DNA of 63,055 nucleotides, counting the filler, from Asterionella formosa (Eukaryota): NCBI GenBank assembly GCA_002256025.1. It is 8 parts of 8 records of this genome, joined end to end, with 100 filler letters (N's around TTAATTAATTAA, not from the genome) between each part and the next. Parts side by side here need not be neighbours in the genome. Positions count along the whole stretch, not along the records: positions 26,467 to 52,798 come from NKIB01001749.1; 7 more parts are not named here. One strand, 5' to 3'. The translations under genes were made by a program, and so were the position numbers. Under the pieces are notes generated by a model. The model saw only the letters and a list, made by a program, of their open reading frames with translations. It ran no database searches and was not told where the DNA came from. Below are positions 33,430 through 47,214 of the stretch, in pieces; the stretch's first letter is position 1, and the number at the start of each line of letters is the position of its first letter.

Positions 33430-35700
33430 CATTTAGCAGGCAGTCAGAGTAAGCCATTGTCAAAGAAAATTTCTGAACAAGAAATTATAGTGATGGATGA
33501 TGCTATCAACAATTGCAATGGAGATGGATTGGAACGACCAAAAAAGCGAAAGAGGGGCAGGAGCAATGAATCAGAACCAATTATAATTAGTCCTGCTGAA
33601 CATCATCAGATGAAAACAGATGCTGATGTATAGTGGCATTCTGGAGATGCTCCAACAAATGTGTATGGGGATGGTGCAGATGTCCAGAAAATTGTTCTTG
33701 AGAGAATAGGCATGATTATGGAGGATGTTGAACAATCATTGGGACAGCTGGAGAAACGTGGTGTATGGTGGTTACTCAAATAATACCTGCTCCTGTTCAG
33801 ATATCTTCACAATTCGCTTTCAAGCAAAGTCTGTATTTGGCACATGCAATGAAGAGTTTTGTGGAAAATGTTACAGGACACGCACATTGCAAGTCAGTCG
33901 ACATGGAAGCAGTCACTGATAAATGCAATACATCACATGAATGACATGGGAATTGAGATTTACTCTAACTTTGAGACTTTATCCTGATGGCATCGCAAAT
34001 TTGCATTGAATAGAACATTTTTCAGCAAGCCACCGGATCAAAAGGATACCAGGCTGTGTCGCTTCTTTCTTGACAACCCGGATGCAATGGAAGCATTCAA
34101 GTCGCATGACACCCAGAATATCAAAGATTTGCGGGTTGAATTAATGCATGAGTTTGTCGTGGATCAACTTGTCCCAGAATTAGTTTGTTCAAGACTTAAG
34201 ATTGAAGTTGATGATGGGGTAAATACAACTTTGACAAATGAAGATATAGCTGCTTTTTCATCATCTTATGGTCTAACAACTCTTAGCATTACTACTATAT
34301 CTAGATGGATGCATGCTGTTTGATTTAGATACAAAAACGTGAGAAGCATTACTATGTGGATGGTCAAGAGAGACCTGAAACAATAGCATACAGGCCTATC
34401 TTTACAAACAAATACCTTTCGTTTGAGTTGCGCACACACAGATGGATTCAAATTACAAAGGTAGATTCTAAGCTATTAGAAAGCAATGGTGACATTGCAG
34501 AGAATTTCTGGCTTTTACTATAACACTGATGATGGAGTTGAGATGGTTGAGTATCATGTTGATGCAAGCTACAAATTTCAAGGCAAGATCGATGAGGTCC
34601 CATTTGGAGGCAACCTAAGTGTGAGGAAAAATTTGGAATGTAGACCAGAAATGTTCATTGGACAAGATGAGGCTGTATATAAACAGTTTCGACTTTGTCT
34701 TTCTATTTGATCACAGTGCTGGTCACTCCAAGCAACGAATTGATCGCCTCAATCAGCTCCATATGAATGAAATTTTTGGTGGAAGGTACTCTGCAATGAG
34801 AGAAACGGTGGTCATTGAAAGGGAGAAAGGATTTTTGGGCCCATTCCCACAGACACTGAATGTTGGGGACACACAGCAAATGAGTTTCGAAAATGGCGAT
34901 GTTGGTCCTTTCTGGATCATGTCACCGACACAAAGGGAAGCAACACGACATGACATTCAATTAGGGACCACCTCTACCAATGAAAGAAATCGTTCCGCCT
35001 TGGAATTAGACCTGAAAACAAAAGGAATCAACACCAAGGGAAAGAACAAGAAGGAGGTAGTTCAACTGTGTGTTTGCATGAAATTCCTACAGTCATAACT
35101 GTTGAAAATTTTCGTGAAGGATGGGAAGGAAGAGCGAAGGGTTTGCTGGAAGTTCTTTGGGAAAGAGGATTCATTGACAGCACAAACCTAAACAAATGTA
35201 CACTTACTGGGAAGAGAGAACTCGGAATAGTCAACAATGTCAACAGCTTGAGACACATAATGGGAATGTGTGCTGACTTTTGAGGGAATGCTGCAATATA
35301 TTGCAACCAAGATTGGCGTCACAGTCCTCCTGACACCAAAATGTCATGCTAAACTTACAGGGGAAGGGATAGAGTACATGTGGGCTTGTTCCAAAGTGTT
35401 CCATGGGTGCATAAAGAAATTTGAGCTTGAAAGAGAAGAAGGGTAAGGAGAACTTCAATGCAAGTGTGCGCCATTGTCTTTCAGAGCAAATCGCTGTCAC
35501 AGTTCGAAGAATACGAAAGTTCGCACGGTGTGCTCGTCAGTACCTAATGGCTTACGATGCCATTGATTCTGGTCAAGTTGACCAACAGACTCAACAAGGC
35601 TATTCCAAATATGGACCTGTTGCCTTAACACGGCTCATCAATCAGTTCAAGACACATCAATGTGCCTTTGACTTTGACTAAAAGTTCGTTCGGAGTGTGA
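33430..35700 (+). mobile_element. Decayed IS630/Tc1/mariner-superfamily transposase
   Basis: Disrupted fragments HYYVDG, FIGQDEAVYKQF, FDHSAGH, WEGRAKGLLEVLWERG, TPKCHAKLTGEGIEYMWAC and RKFARCARQYLMAY. Ends not resolved. Confidence 0.7.
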
Positions 35701-38589
35701 TGAAAGATGATTGATGGTCTTGAATTTCCTGTTGCGCGCATCAATCCTTTTACCTACTACATAGTTGTATATCGTAATATAGAAATTTCATTTAGACTAA
35801 AAACGTCGCATACTAGATCGACGGTGGCTACAAAATAGAGTCCAAGCGTGCACCCAGCCATAGGGGCAATGTGGGACACAGCGAATTTTTTGGCATAAAA
35901 ATTGCAGATTTTTAGCATGACAGCCAGAATAACGGTTATATATATAAAATTGGTAAAACAAGCGTCAAACACACTAGCATGATTGTAACATTCAATATCA
36001 ATGAAAATTGAACATGATGATTGGAGCAACCAAAGTATGACATGAAATGTAATAAGTGGCATCAAAAGAGATATAGAAAGAAATTTAGGTTAGAAATAGG
36101 AGTTTCAGTGGTGACATATGCACTGTAGTACTTACATAGTAGGCAACATTGCTTGACTTTCCATCACACAATCGAACACCGAAATGATACAGAAAAGAAC
36201 AAAAAAGCTGAACCCAGCCAATTGAGAGCTGCATTGTTATGTAGCGTAAATGATCTTGTTGCTGCAACCATGCACATACTAGCTGTAGTAGCCTGACACA
36301 ACAAGTTCAAGCAGGAGTGCTTCTGCTCGCAGTTATTCCTCTCAGCAAACAACCCTGATCATTCTATTCCATTCCATTCTGAGCGAGTGTGATCGCCAGG
36401 CTACTCCAGCACAATCGACTCCCTCTAGCTTAATATTTATAGGTGGAACTCGTAGTCGAAAGGTAGCAAAGCGCGTTAGAACAAGAAAAGCATTCTTGCT
36501 TGGCAGCAATATTGACATCATGGTCAATGACTATACAAATCAACAAATAAGATCAACAACAGCACAATATATCTTCAAAGAGAAGTCATTGATAAAGACA
36601 TTGGTTCTTACATAGATAGATACAATCGAAACAAAACGACAGTGCGGGACCAATAACAACAGAAGCGATCAAAACAGACCATGGAAGCAATCAAATCGGA
36701 AAATCGATAAATTGGATCTACAATCCACATTCAGTATTTCACTATACTGTTGTACTCACCGATCTACTCTAAGTAGCAAAAAAATCAGCAGACGATGGTA
36801 TCAAACAAAACGAACGGTCCCTGTTGCAAGCCCGAATTGAGCAACGACAGGTAGGATAGAGTGAGAATTATGATTGTGAGGACGAAATAGGGCATGCATA
36901 AAATCAATGAATATGTGAAGCAAATAAATTAACATTCTAGTCTCGTAAAGATAATACCAAGTCTACAGCGATAATATTTTAACGTGGTAAAAGTAAGCGT
37001 TAAAGGTTTGTTAGCTTAAACCATGCATGGTTGTTTTTAGTACCACGTACGTACGTAGCCTATATGACTGGAATAAAGCATCATCACATACATGACCGGA
37101 GCAAAAACTTGCCACCAACCTGATACACCGACATCATCATTCGTCCAACGAATTATAGACGATGCGACTACATGAATCCCTCGAGAAGACAAGAAAGCCA
37201 GCAACCAACCGCATCCGTTTAACAAGGAATTGCCACTGGCTGGCGTCATCAATGAACTCAGTTCGCTTCAGACTGGGCATGATTTAGGCGACAAACAAAA
37301 ACGAGGTGAATTCTTGATATAAATTATCAAAATCTGTAGAGTACTATATAAAGTGGTTTCCTTAAGTATATCCCTTTGCCGATTATGGAAATTTCAGGGC
37401 TGGAAAATTGAGGGGCAATCTGCGTCAGTCGTCTTGCCAAAATGCTAACATATGAAATATGCAAAAATATGTTTTAATGATGGTCATTATCGAACCTTTG
37501 GCAAGATTTTATGCAAAAATAGGAAATATACGAAATATATTTTATATGATGGCCTAAAGTGCTAAGCTAAAATGACATTTATGCTTTATTTGTGGGCAGT
37601 AAGTAAGCGAATGGCGCGATGATAGCTAGTTTGTGAATTGACTTAAAAATTCCGCCCTTCTCGGTGGCTACTTGCCTTCTCGTATACATTTTGTGTACTC
37701 GCAGGCAAGAGACGAATACCTCGGGTGTGTCTTGCCTTCAGCAGTACTCCGTATGATACTCTGATTTATTCAGTAGACTTCGTTTTCCTGTGAAACTATA
37801 GACCACTAGCTAGTCTACCGGTAGATGGTAGACTGGTTACCAGGCACTCCCTCTTGGCGAACGAGTCCCAATGACTTGTCCCATGCCTACTGAGCAATAT
37901 AGGCTGACTTTCCATTCCAAAATTTCTTATAACAAAGAGTAAATTTCTATCAATCATTAAATCCAAGTCGTGCTCTGATCATCGAAATTGTGTTCACATA
38001 CTACTACTGGTAATGGTATTCAGCAACGGGAAGACGGTTTACTAATGGAATTCACCAATCAATAACTTCTAGTCGTATTCAGCAATTTCTTGTCATTGTC
38101 AGCAATTCCAGTCGTTCACATGTTTTGGTAATATCTGTGCTTGATATCCTTCGGCTTAAGTCATTTTGCCTGAAGGAGATTGTGATGGTTTGAAGAGTTT
38201 CAGTATGACCAGAGAATTTGCATTTGTAAATCTGGGACCACGCTAGTGCCATATTATCAATCAACATGGGGAGCTGGATGAGTTGTAATGGTTCTTCTAA
38301 GGAGGAGGAGGACGTGGCCATTAAAAAGGTAATTGTTATGATTCCTCCAACAAGCAAGGACTGGGCGAAGTGATGACATAGGCTGCCTGCCGCAGAAAAG
38401 GAGAGAGAGTGTCTAAGTGTATCCCGACCATGGTAGCTGACAAAATGCATAAGACTAAAACTATAACAATAGCATGATAACTTGAAGCAAAAGATGTGAT
38501 TCAAATTGGAATTCGATGTTTTATTGTTCCGGAGATTTGTGTAGTCATTGATGCAGGTAGCTATCAATGCCGACAAATGTGATACCGGC

Positions 38590-38960
38590 ATTCTTTGGTA
38601 GTTGATACCAAAGAAAAATGTGAAAGCGGAAAAAATAAGAATTGAATCGATATTGGGAACTTTTAGTTTAGCTATGTGGTGAAACATGCGTAACATGGCT
38701 GTGAAGCAGCCAGCACATAATTTCTCCATTATACTGTAGCAGCGGCTAGTTGGTGAGAAAATATTGTTGCGAATTCACATAATTATTGGTTCAATCACAT
38801 AAGTATTCGATAAGAGAAGTACATTTTGTTTTAGAACACATGAATTTTGGTTTGACCCAAATAAATTCCCCAATAACTAGGATAATAATTTAGAAAAGTA
38901 GCATAAATGCGTCACTTTAGACATTATTTTGAATACGCGCTGTGTATGGCGTCTTAGAAG
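38590..38960 (-). repeat. AT-rich dispersed repeat, copy 2
   Basis: Inverted match to about 25960-26320 on another contig. Confidence 0.8.
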
Positions 38961-40061
38961 TGTCCCAAGTTTCGTCGACTGGAAGATGACAATGTTTTTC
39001 CGAAATAGTTTTAGAACCTGATTTAAAATCACCGTCTGAAATGATGGATGAGATTGGATTCGTTCCATCTTCATTCTCTGGCTGGATATGCCATATCTCT
39101 GATGCACGCCTTCATTGCATCCGATACATCTTAGTGTGCTAAGTTATTCCATCACACTGTTCCTACACAGTACATACTGAACAACAAACAAATGAAAGGA
39201 CCTCAAGAATTGACAAGAAACTCATGGAGATAGACTAAAAATGACTGAAATTCACTCTACAATGCACATCATTCAGTTGAGGAATGTTTCGACAAATTTT
39301 ACGAGTTTTGAGGAAATCACCATTAAATATCCGGCGGTGTGGTCAATGTAAGAGCAACAACTGTAGAAAGCATACGAAACGACAGTTATTTTATTAATAT
39401 TTAGTTATGTTAGTGGTTTGTTTCCTCCAAATATTTGAGTGGCCAGCCAATTTAAAACGGCATTTGGGGACATGCACATGTACTTTATTGATATATGTAT
39501 GTTAAATTGGTTTCAAATAATTTATTTAGATGGTATTAATTACAGAAACAGTGGGTATGTTCACGTCTATGTAACTAAGAACGAACGCATTTTTTCGAGT
39601 AAGCCGATCCTCACGTGGAAATATGGTTTGTTGTTTACGTAATCCTTCATATTCGAACAGTGAAGGCACCAGTGGTGCCGGCGATTCGACGCAATTATTT
39701 ACAACCGGAGGGAGACCAAACTTCCACCACTGACCTTCCAGAAATTACCTGCACAGAATCTTTTCAGTTCAGTAACAAGCTGCCAAGAATTCACAGCTGG
39801 AACCATGTGTCTATCGACTATTAGCTTGTCCACCCAGCCATCATGATGGCTGATGTCTACCGGCACACCAGTTGTTAAATCTAAATGCAAAAATATTTAT
39901 TTTGTCGATACTTGTTAAAATCATGCACAAAAACGCAACAGTGTATATATGAATCATTTAACAATAGATCATATACATATACTTCTGAATATCTGCAATC
40001 AAATATTGGTAAACTGAGTCGTAAGAATTGACATGGTTGACTCTCTCCGGGTTTCAACCCA

Positions 40062-40196
40062 ACGCACGGATCAACCTCTGCATGATCATCATACGTTTGT
40101 TGAATATATATATACAGGTATATAAACGCACGGATCAACCTCTGCCTGATGATCATCATACATTTGTTGAATATATATATTCAGGTATATAAACGA
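40062..40196. repeat. Two-copy tandem repeat of about 62-67 bp
   Basis: ACGCACGGATCAACCTCTGC..TGATCATCATAC..TTTGTTGAATATATATA..CAGGTATATAAACG occurs twice. Confidence 0.85.
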
Positions 40197-40648
40197 GTAG
40201 AAATTTCATAAAATCAAGATTTGATAGTGTTTCATTTTACATGCAATTTTTGATATAAACTACCGGTATTCAATCATTCCGTAATATATTTATGCATCTG
40301 AAATTATTTATGTAACATATATGAAAATCGCTGGGCCAAATGTATATGCATACGCACAGTATGCAATATTCAACAAGATGACTAGCAAACAAGATGACGT
40401 CCAGCAAATAAAATCATGTTAAAGTACTCTTAACTGTCTTCTTCCTCATCGTGATCTGAGATTGCATGTCTCCATAATAATCCTAGACTTCAGATATCAG
40501 GTATATTTCAAGAGCTCAGGAAGGCTCAATCGCTATTTGAGAAAGGAACTTTTCTGCGTTAAAGGCAGTAAGAATTTAGTTGGAGAATTGTGACCTTTCA
40601 TTAACTTATTGTTTATTTCAAGGTATTGGGCAGTTTAGATTTCAAAAA

Positions 40649-43154
40649 ATGCCTCGAAGCTACGATCCTTTGTCGGTATCAACAACTCGTTCTCGGGATA
40701 GTGCTATCATAAACGATTTTCAGGAAGATGATGATATTGACGTCGATTTCGACGCACAATGGTCCTCCGAAGATAAAGCGCTGCTGCGCCAAATCGAAGA
40801 AGAAAATCGCCAAGACGACGAGCTGGCGAACGACGACAGGAACCGAAGCGCATTGCTAGCGTCTCCTCTTTTAATCGCCGCAGCTGCAGCCGCTGTTACC
40901 ACTATCAGTAAACCGCACTATTTTCCGACTACTCCTGTTGTTCCAACGGATACACCAGCAGTGGTGCCATCGAAGCGTACTTACTCCAGTGGGAAGGAAG
41001 AGAGGGTTGAAGAAGAAAGCTTTTCAGATTCATTCAACGATAGTTTGTTGGACATGGATGCAGATCCGAACGAAGATGATTTGAACTTTGGGCCTAAGCG
41101 ATATTCGTTGCATGACACAACAGACGTGGACGTTGACTCCGAGGGGAGTGAAGGTGATGACAGGTTTGGTGACGAGCCGAATGGAGATGAACTCCACTTT
41201 GGATCTAACCGATACTCGCTTGATGACATGGACGCAGAGACAAATGAAGGTGATCTGCGATTCGGTGCTAGACACCAAGAGGATTCACAGAATGAATATG
41301 CAACAAACTATTCTCCCAATTTCTTTGCAGACAACACAAATCGGACCAAAAGACAACAACTGTATGTTTTTATTGCATGGATTGTTGTAGCCATTTGTGT
41401 TAGTACATTTGTTGGAGTTATCGTATCAAGAAGTAAAAAAACTGTTTCACCGACATACGCTCCAGCAGTACCCACAATCCCTGCGCCCGTTGCACCTTCA
41501 CCAACTTTGTCCATTGTGCCGACTCAATTCCCCTCCCCTACGAGCGACTTAAGGACGCAAAGTCCGAGTCAAAGTCTACCTCCATCTCGGCTAGAAGCTT
41601 CTCCAAGACCATCGAGGCCAACACCGAGACCTTCATTACAACGAACTCCTAGGCCTGAAACTGTACCGTCAACTCAACCTACGATCCCTCCCTTCCTTTC
41701 ACCGATTGGAACGCCAACTCGATCACCAATACAATCGCTATCGCCATCTACTCGACAGCAGATGCCTTCTCGGTCTCCAAGCATGCTGGAGATTGTACCA
41801 ACATCAGCACCCACGGGTCAGCAACCTGTTGAAGCCCCGACGAAATCGCCATCCACTGCACCAACAAGGCTGACCACAGACGCACCCTCGTTTTCTCCGC
41901 AAGAGGCTGCACGTAGGTCTGCTATCACTGCATTGATTGTTAACACATCCGGAGTCATTGTTTTGCTTGATCCATTATCACCTCAGTATATGGCGTACCA
42001 ATGGATCTTAAATGACGACCCACAACAACTCTCTCTCGATGATACTCCTCAACTCATGCAGCGATACACGTTAGCGACTTTGTTCTATTCGACAAACGCT
42101 AACAATACCTGGTTTAGTTGCGGGCCTCCGGATGGATCAACCAGTTGTCCAACACCAGAGCAGCGGTTTCTTGGCAATTCTTCGGCGTGTCAATGGTTCG
42201 GAATCACTTGTGCAAGTGAAGTCATAACTACTGTAAATTGCCGTAAGTCTTCTCAATACTTTCTCATCATTTCAAAAATTTTCCCAAATCTAACCAATCT
42301 TCCCAGGCGAGAATGGACTTCGAGGAAAACTGCCCAGGGAACTGGCGGAATTACCTCAACTAAATTCAATTATCTTCAGTAGGAATGAATTGACTGGCAC
42401 CATACCGACCGACATCGGGCGTCTTTCGAATTTGAAATTTTTGCTCCTGAATCGAAACGCTTTGAGAGCTACCATTCCCACGGCGTTTGGGGGATTGCAG
42501 TCCTTGTTTTACCTGCATGTTGGTAATAATCGTATGACTGGCACACTACCTCCCGAGATCTTTGTCGCCTCGTTACAGCATGTTGATGTAGGAAATAACG
42601 GGTTCATAGGAACGCTTCCAGTGGCATTATCAACGATTACATCAAATTTGATCAACGTGAATGTAAGCAATAATTTCTTTTTGGGGACCCTACCAGAATT
42701 GGGTAAGCTGTCTTCTCTGAACACTTTCAGTGCAGGCAATAACACCTTTACAGGAACGCTACCTGTCATCGCATCAGCTGCCCTCAGTGTATTGGATGTT
42801 CGGCAAAATCAATTGACTGGGGAGCTGCCAATAGGCTTGTTCATTATTGGAAAATCGTTGTCGATTCTGAACCTGGAACAAAACAATTTTTCGGGAAAAG
42901 TCTCTCCCCTCTTCGGCCGGCTTATGGCCCTGAACCAGCTCAACTTAATGGGAAATGATTTCACTGGGACCATTCCTTCTACCATTGGAGAATTGACTAA
43001 CCTACAAGTGTTACACATGGAGCTAACGTCGCTGGAGGGAACCATGCCTCTTGAAGTGTGCGCGCTTCGCCAAGTCGCACTGAGTTTCCTTTCAGCGGAT
43101 TGCGGGGGAACATCCCCAAAAGTGGTGTGTCGATGTTGTACTTCTTGCTTTTGA
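40649..43154 (+). CDS. Type II membrane LRR receptor-like protein with a Pro/Ser/Thr stalk (intron 42243-42306)
   Basis: Acidic N-terminus, one TM (LYVFIAWIVVAICVSTFVGVIV), PT/PS-rich stalk, SPQYMAYQWI..QRYTLATLFYST..CQWFGITC cap, plant-type LRRs (NxLTGTIP) and a C-terminal DC..VVCRCCTSCF. Splice gives VNCRENGLRGKLP. Confidence 0.88.
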
Positions 43155-44279
43155 TTACTAATTGAAATCTTTGGGAAAGGGAAGATACCAATCAGATGAG
43201 CAGCCGCAACTTAGCAGTAATATTGAATTTTGTGAGGATGACGTTAGGTTTCTCAAACCCCAATACTCTTGAGTTCATGGTCCTGGTATATTACAAACGG
43301 TCTTCAAACTTCATTCTTCAACAGGTTTAGACTCGTGACTATCATCAGCCATGTAACCACCTCATGTACTGGTCGGCCCTGACCTTTTGACTGACGCTGG
43401 TGCCTAAATCGAAATTCTCACGTATGCTATTAATACAGGTAACATGTGATACATGTAATATTGCACTTCGATGAAAGATTCTAGGGGAGACCCTTCTCTG
43501 CCATGTGGTCTTTACACCAGTACCTGGTAGTGTCAGTTCATTGGTTCTAACCCTAAAACCGATAACTAGATGTTAGAATTGAGAACCAGCTATAAGTTTT
43601 GGATGTAATCTTTGACATGTATGTTCCGCGCAGTCCGTCGAATTCTCTATCAATTGGTTACTGTGTATATATTCTTTTGTATTAAAATTTGAGCCCATCG
43701 GAGCCCATCGGGAGAAGCGAATGAAAATTGTTCCGTGTCATTGCAAATTAGCAAACGTTTTTTTTTCTCTCAGAAAAAGTAGTTTATGATACATGTACTG
43801 GTTGTAGATACGATACCCTGGTACGACCGGGTGCTTGATATGCGTTCTTAGTAAACTACCGGTAACGGTACCCCTGGTAGTTATGTTCCACTTCTTGGCT
43901 GCTTCACATTGCAATATGTACCACAGGATCTGGTACTCCCTAGCGTCGCTAATTATTCACCTTCATGTACCTATGTACTCGTACGTCCATTGTCCTGAAC
44001 AAGCAAATATTCGGATTGTTAGCAAGGAATGCAAAAGAGTGAATGAGTTCTGTGGTGAGAGCCACACGACTCGCTAAACTATTCTACGAGGGTATCCGTA
44101 TAGAGACTACGCATGTCATCATAGCCCAACAGCATTACCGGTAGAGTACCAGGTAGCCGGACTTCTCTCTGCACGATTTAGTACGCAAGAAACACATCTT
44201 TGTCCGTTGCCTTCGTGTGATTCACGGTGCTTGTGGCTATTGTAAACACCCCTCGTCGGAGCTCCATTCCCACGACATC

Positions 44280-45243
44280 ATGCCCATGAATGGCTTAGTA
44301 AGTATCGCCTTGGCAGCAGCTCAGCTTGAGCGGATCCACAATTTCGGACAAGCTCCTCCATTATCGGAGCATGTTCCGATGACAAGCACAACGGGTATTC
44401 CGATTCCTGGTCGGCACTTTGAGTTCGGCCCAAGGGTTGTTTCTGACGAACCATCTCCTGATGGCGATAACGAGAGTGACGTCGAGGGAGTCAGTTTGGC
44501 AGAAGCTCATCTAGAAGCTCTTCTTCAGGAAACGCTGCTCATGGCTGAAGCGCAGCCTGCTCCTCCGCCAGCTCCAAGTGCCAGCGAGACTTTTGCGAGT
44601 GTCCAGGAGGATGACGTATTGTGCGGTCGCGGTGGTGAGACTAACCAGTAAGTGACTCATTGTATTGCGGTACATGGTGTTCATTGTTGATGCGATTGCT
44701 GAGAATGTTGAATTGACCTCGATTCGTTTCGATCACCAAAGTCATCCAGGCAACGTGCGTTATCGGGGATTGGTCAAGAAGTACCAACGCCTCTACCTCA
44801 AGGCGAAGCGTCGAGATAAGCCAAAAATTGCTCGTCTCATTGTCGATACTGTTCGAAGAAAGCATGGGCGCTTCCTTAAGAAGGACATCTCAGCCAATGC
44901 CTGGTTGGATGTCGGCAACAACAAGGCCCGCGAAAAGACTTCTCAAGCCCTTCGTGAAGGTGCCCCAGAACTCCGCAACGAGGACAAGGAGCCCCTCGAA
45001 CCAGGCGTTGAAGAGTCTGCCCCCGAAGGAACTCACTTCAAAAAGCGCAAGCGTATGAGTAAGAGTGAGATTGCAACGCCTATTGTTTCGCCAACTCCAT
45101 CTAGCAGCTCTCTAGTAGTGGACGAAGACGATGCAAAAGCTTGGCCGTCCCCGTATTCGCGGCAAGGTTCCGATGCTTCTCGTGGACCGAGACTCAAGAT
45201 TCTCAAGTCTCGACTCATGTGCAACGAAACTTTGGAGGAATAA
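44280..45243 (+). CDS. DUF6824-type diatom protein (intron 44648-44741)
   Basis: Spliced DVLCGRGGETNHHPGNVRYR..GRFLK..W..KAREKTSQALRE, the signature of this stramenopile-expanded domain. Confidence 0.85.
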
Positions 45244-46376
45244 CTGAGCCGATGGAGCTTGCGCAACTTCTTCAAGATACATAAGTGTTAATGTGGCAAA
45301 TGCCAAGGGGTCTAACTGGCGGTATGGCATTGTCAAACCCAATACCACGTCACGGGATAAAAAATCTAATGAAAGTTAAGCTATATTTACAATTTATATT
45401 CTAGCAAAATCTAATCGACTCGTACACGGACATGATATATTTTGGGGCAGCAAAGATATCTGATTATATTTGCTTTATGAACAAAATCAATCGCTAAGTT
45501 GTTGGGACAATTCTGGAACGTCCGACAGCTGGAGGAAGTTGTTTTGGTGTTTTTGTCATGACGTTGTACAGTACCAAGTATTTTACTGGTAGTTATGACA
45601 CGACTACGATACTGGTACAAGAAGAGAGTCTTCTATGAAAAAATTGATGTAGGATGCTGTTGCTGCATTTGAGGATGGTCCTTGGCTGTGTGCATGCAGT
45701 ATGCAGTGCATGTCGTCTAGGTACCAGGTACCACTTTATGCACTAGGAATACCGTTGCAAGTACCGGTAGGTACCAGGTACTAGATACCAGGTAATTATT
45801 TTACCTTCGGCTGGTGCCGGGATGAAAATGTTGCTGATTTTCAGTCCCTGGTACCTGGTACTCCTAAAATACTGCACACGACTGACAACATAGTAGTAAC
45901 ACCTACAACCGAGTGGTATGTAATATTATTTGGACTTCCTTGCGCGCTCCATCATAATGCCCTAGAATGATCGGTCCAGCTCGCTCTTTCGCAGGCCCTC
46001 GTTGTCTCAAATTTCTCAACGTACGCGCCTACATATACTGTATTCTGCGTTGTACATATAAATAAAAATGTCCTCTTGCTGTCTATTTTCTATCATTCCT
46101 AAGACAACTAATCAATGGACACTAGTCTTCTTTTGTCGACTGCCATGAAAAGAAAGCGGCAGCTGCGATGACTTCAGGCCAATTTCAGATACGGTATTCA
46201 GCAACAAGCAACAAGGGGGAGTGCCACCAGCACCAGCACCAGCAAGTTGCGGTCATTTTGCTGAAATTGATAACGTGACGCAGGACAGGAACGTCATCAA
46301 TCCACTCTTTAGCGGACATCGTCTGTATGATCACCACGTACTTAGGGAATGATCCTCCGGGTTTATAAATAAGAAC

Positions 46377-46882
46377 TAGCCTTTCTTATCATTCCAAATT
46401 TGCTGTAAAATTTCCGGGTTGCCGGCAAAAAGTGACGGTTGGTTTCAAAACATGGTATCAGCAACGGTAACTTGATGGTGTCACTTTTGTATCATTGATA
46501 CAAAATTGATACCTTCTTTTGCCCCCTCCAAAAACGCTATCAGTGATACTGACATTTTCAGGCGGGTATCATTTCCATTGTCACTAATAAAAAAACCGAA
46601 AATACGCCTGCAAGGTATATCAACTAAAGTTTTTATATTGGTACATAAAACGCGTAGTTTTCCAACTTGGTTTTTGTGCTGGAAAATAATCCAAACACGG
46701 GTAGTCTGGAGGGATATGCACATGATTGTAGCAAGCCCGTAACCGTTGAGTTTTCGTGATACTTTTTGGTGATACAATTTTGTTTTTGTGGAGAATGGAT
46801 TTTTTCGGTTTAAATCAACTTGCCGTTGCATCATTCTTTTTCAAAAACTAGGATACCAAATCGAAAATGATAAGAATATTCT
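46377..46882. mobile_element. Non-autonomous PIF/Harbinger derivative (MITE-like)
   Basis: Eroded TIR cores TTCTTATCATT / AATGATAAGAA match the TIR at 58509-58545. 46383-46612 is the reverse complement of about 58289-58519. Confidence 0.78.
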
Positions 46883-47214
46883 TTAATATACCGGTATCAT
46901 ATCTTGTACTCCGTACCAGCAAAGAACTTCTGTTACCCACTGAGTTCTCTTATTTGTTTGATTAGTTCGACTAAACCTATTCCATGCCTTGCGAGAATCA
47001 AACGTCCAGGTCTTTTTAACCAAAGGAGTCAGCAAGCAGGCTGTGGATGCTCAGAATTTGGGGTCGATGTTTTAAGATCAAAAAATCTTCATTTGGTAGG
47101 GTCAAACCGTGCTTTTCTCCTGTTCACTGAGTGGATCACAGCAGTTTTTTACTGGTACCTGTGGTCCACAATATAAAGAACGAAGTTCTGAGTCAACAAA
47201 CAATCGCTTCCACC

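Noticed and set aside
38079..38729. 216-aa minus-strand ORF
   Set aside because: It overlaps a dispersed repeat and has no recognisable motif; likely spurious.
43544..43560. Telomere-like CTAACCCTAA
   Set aside because: Fewer than two full units; expected by chance.
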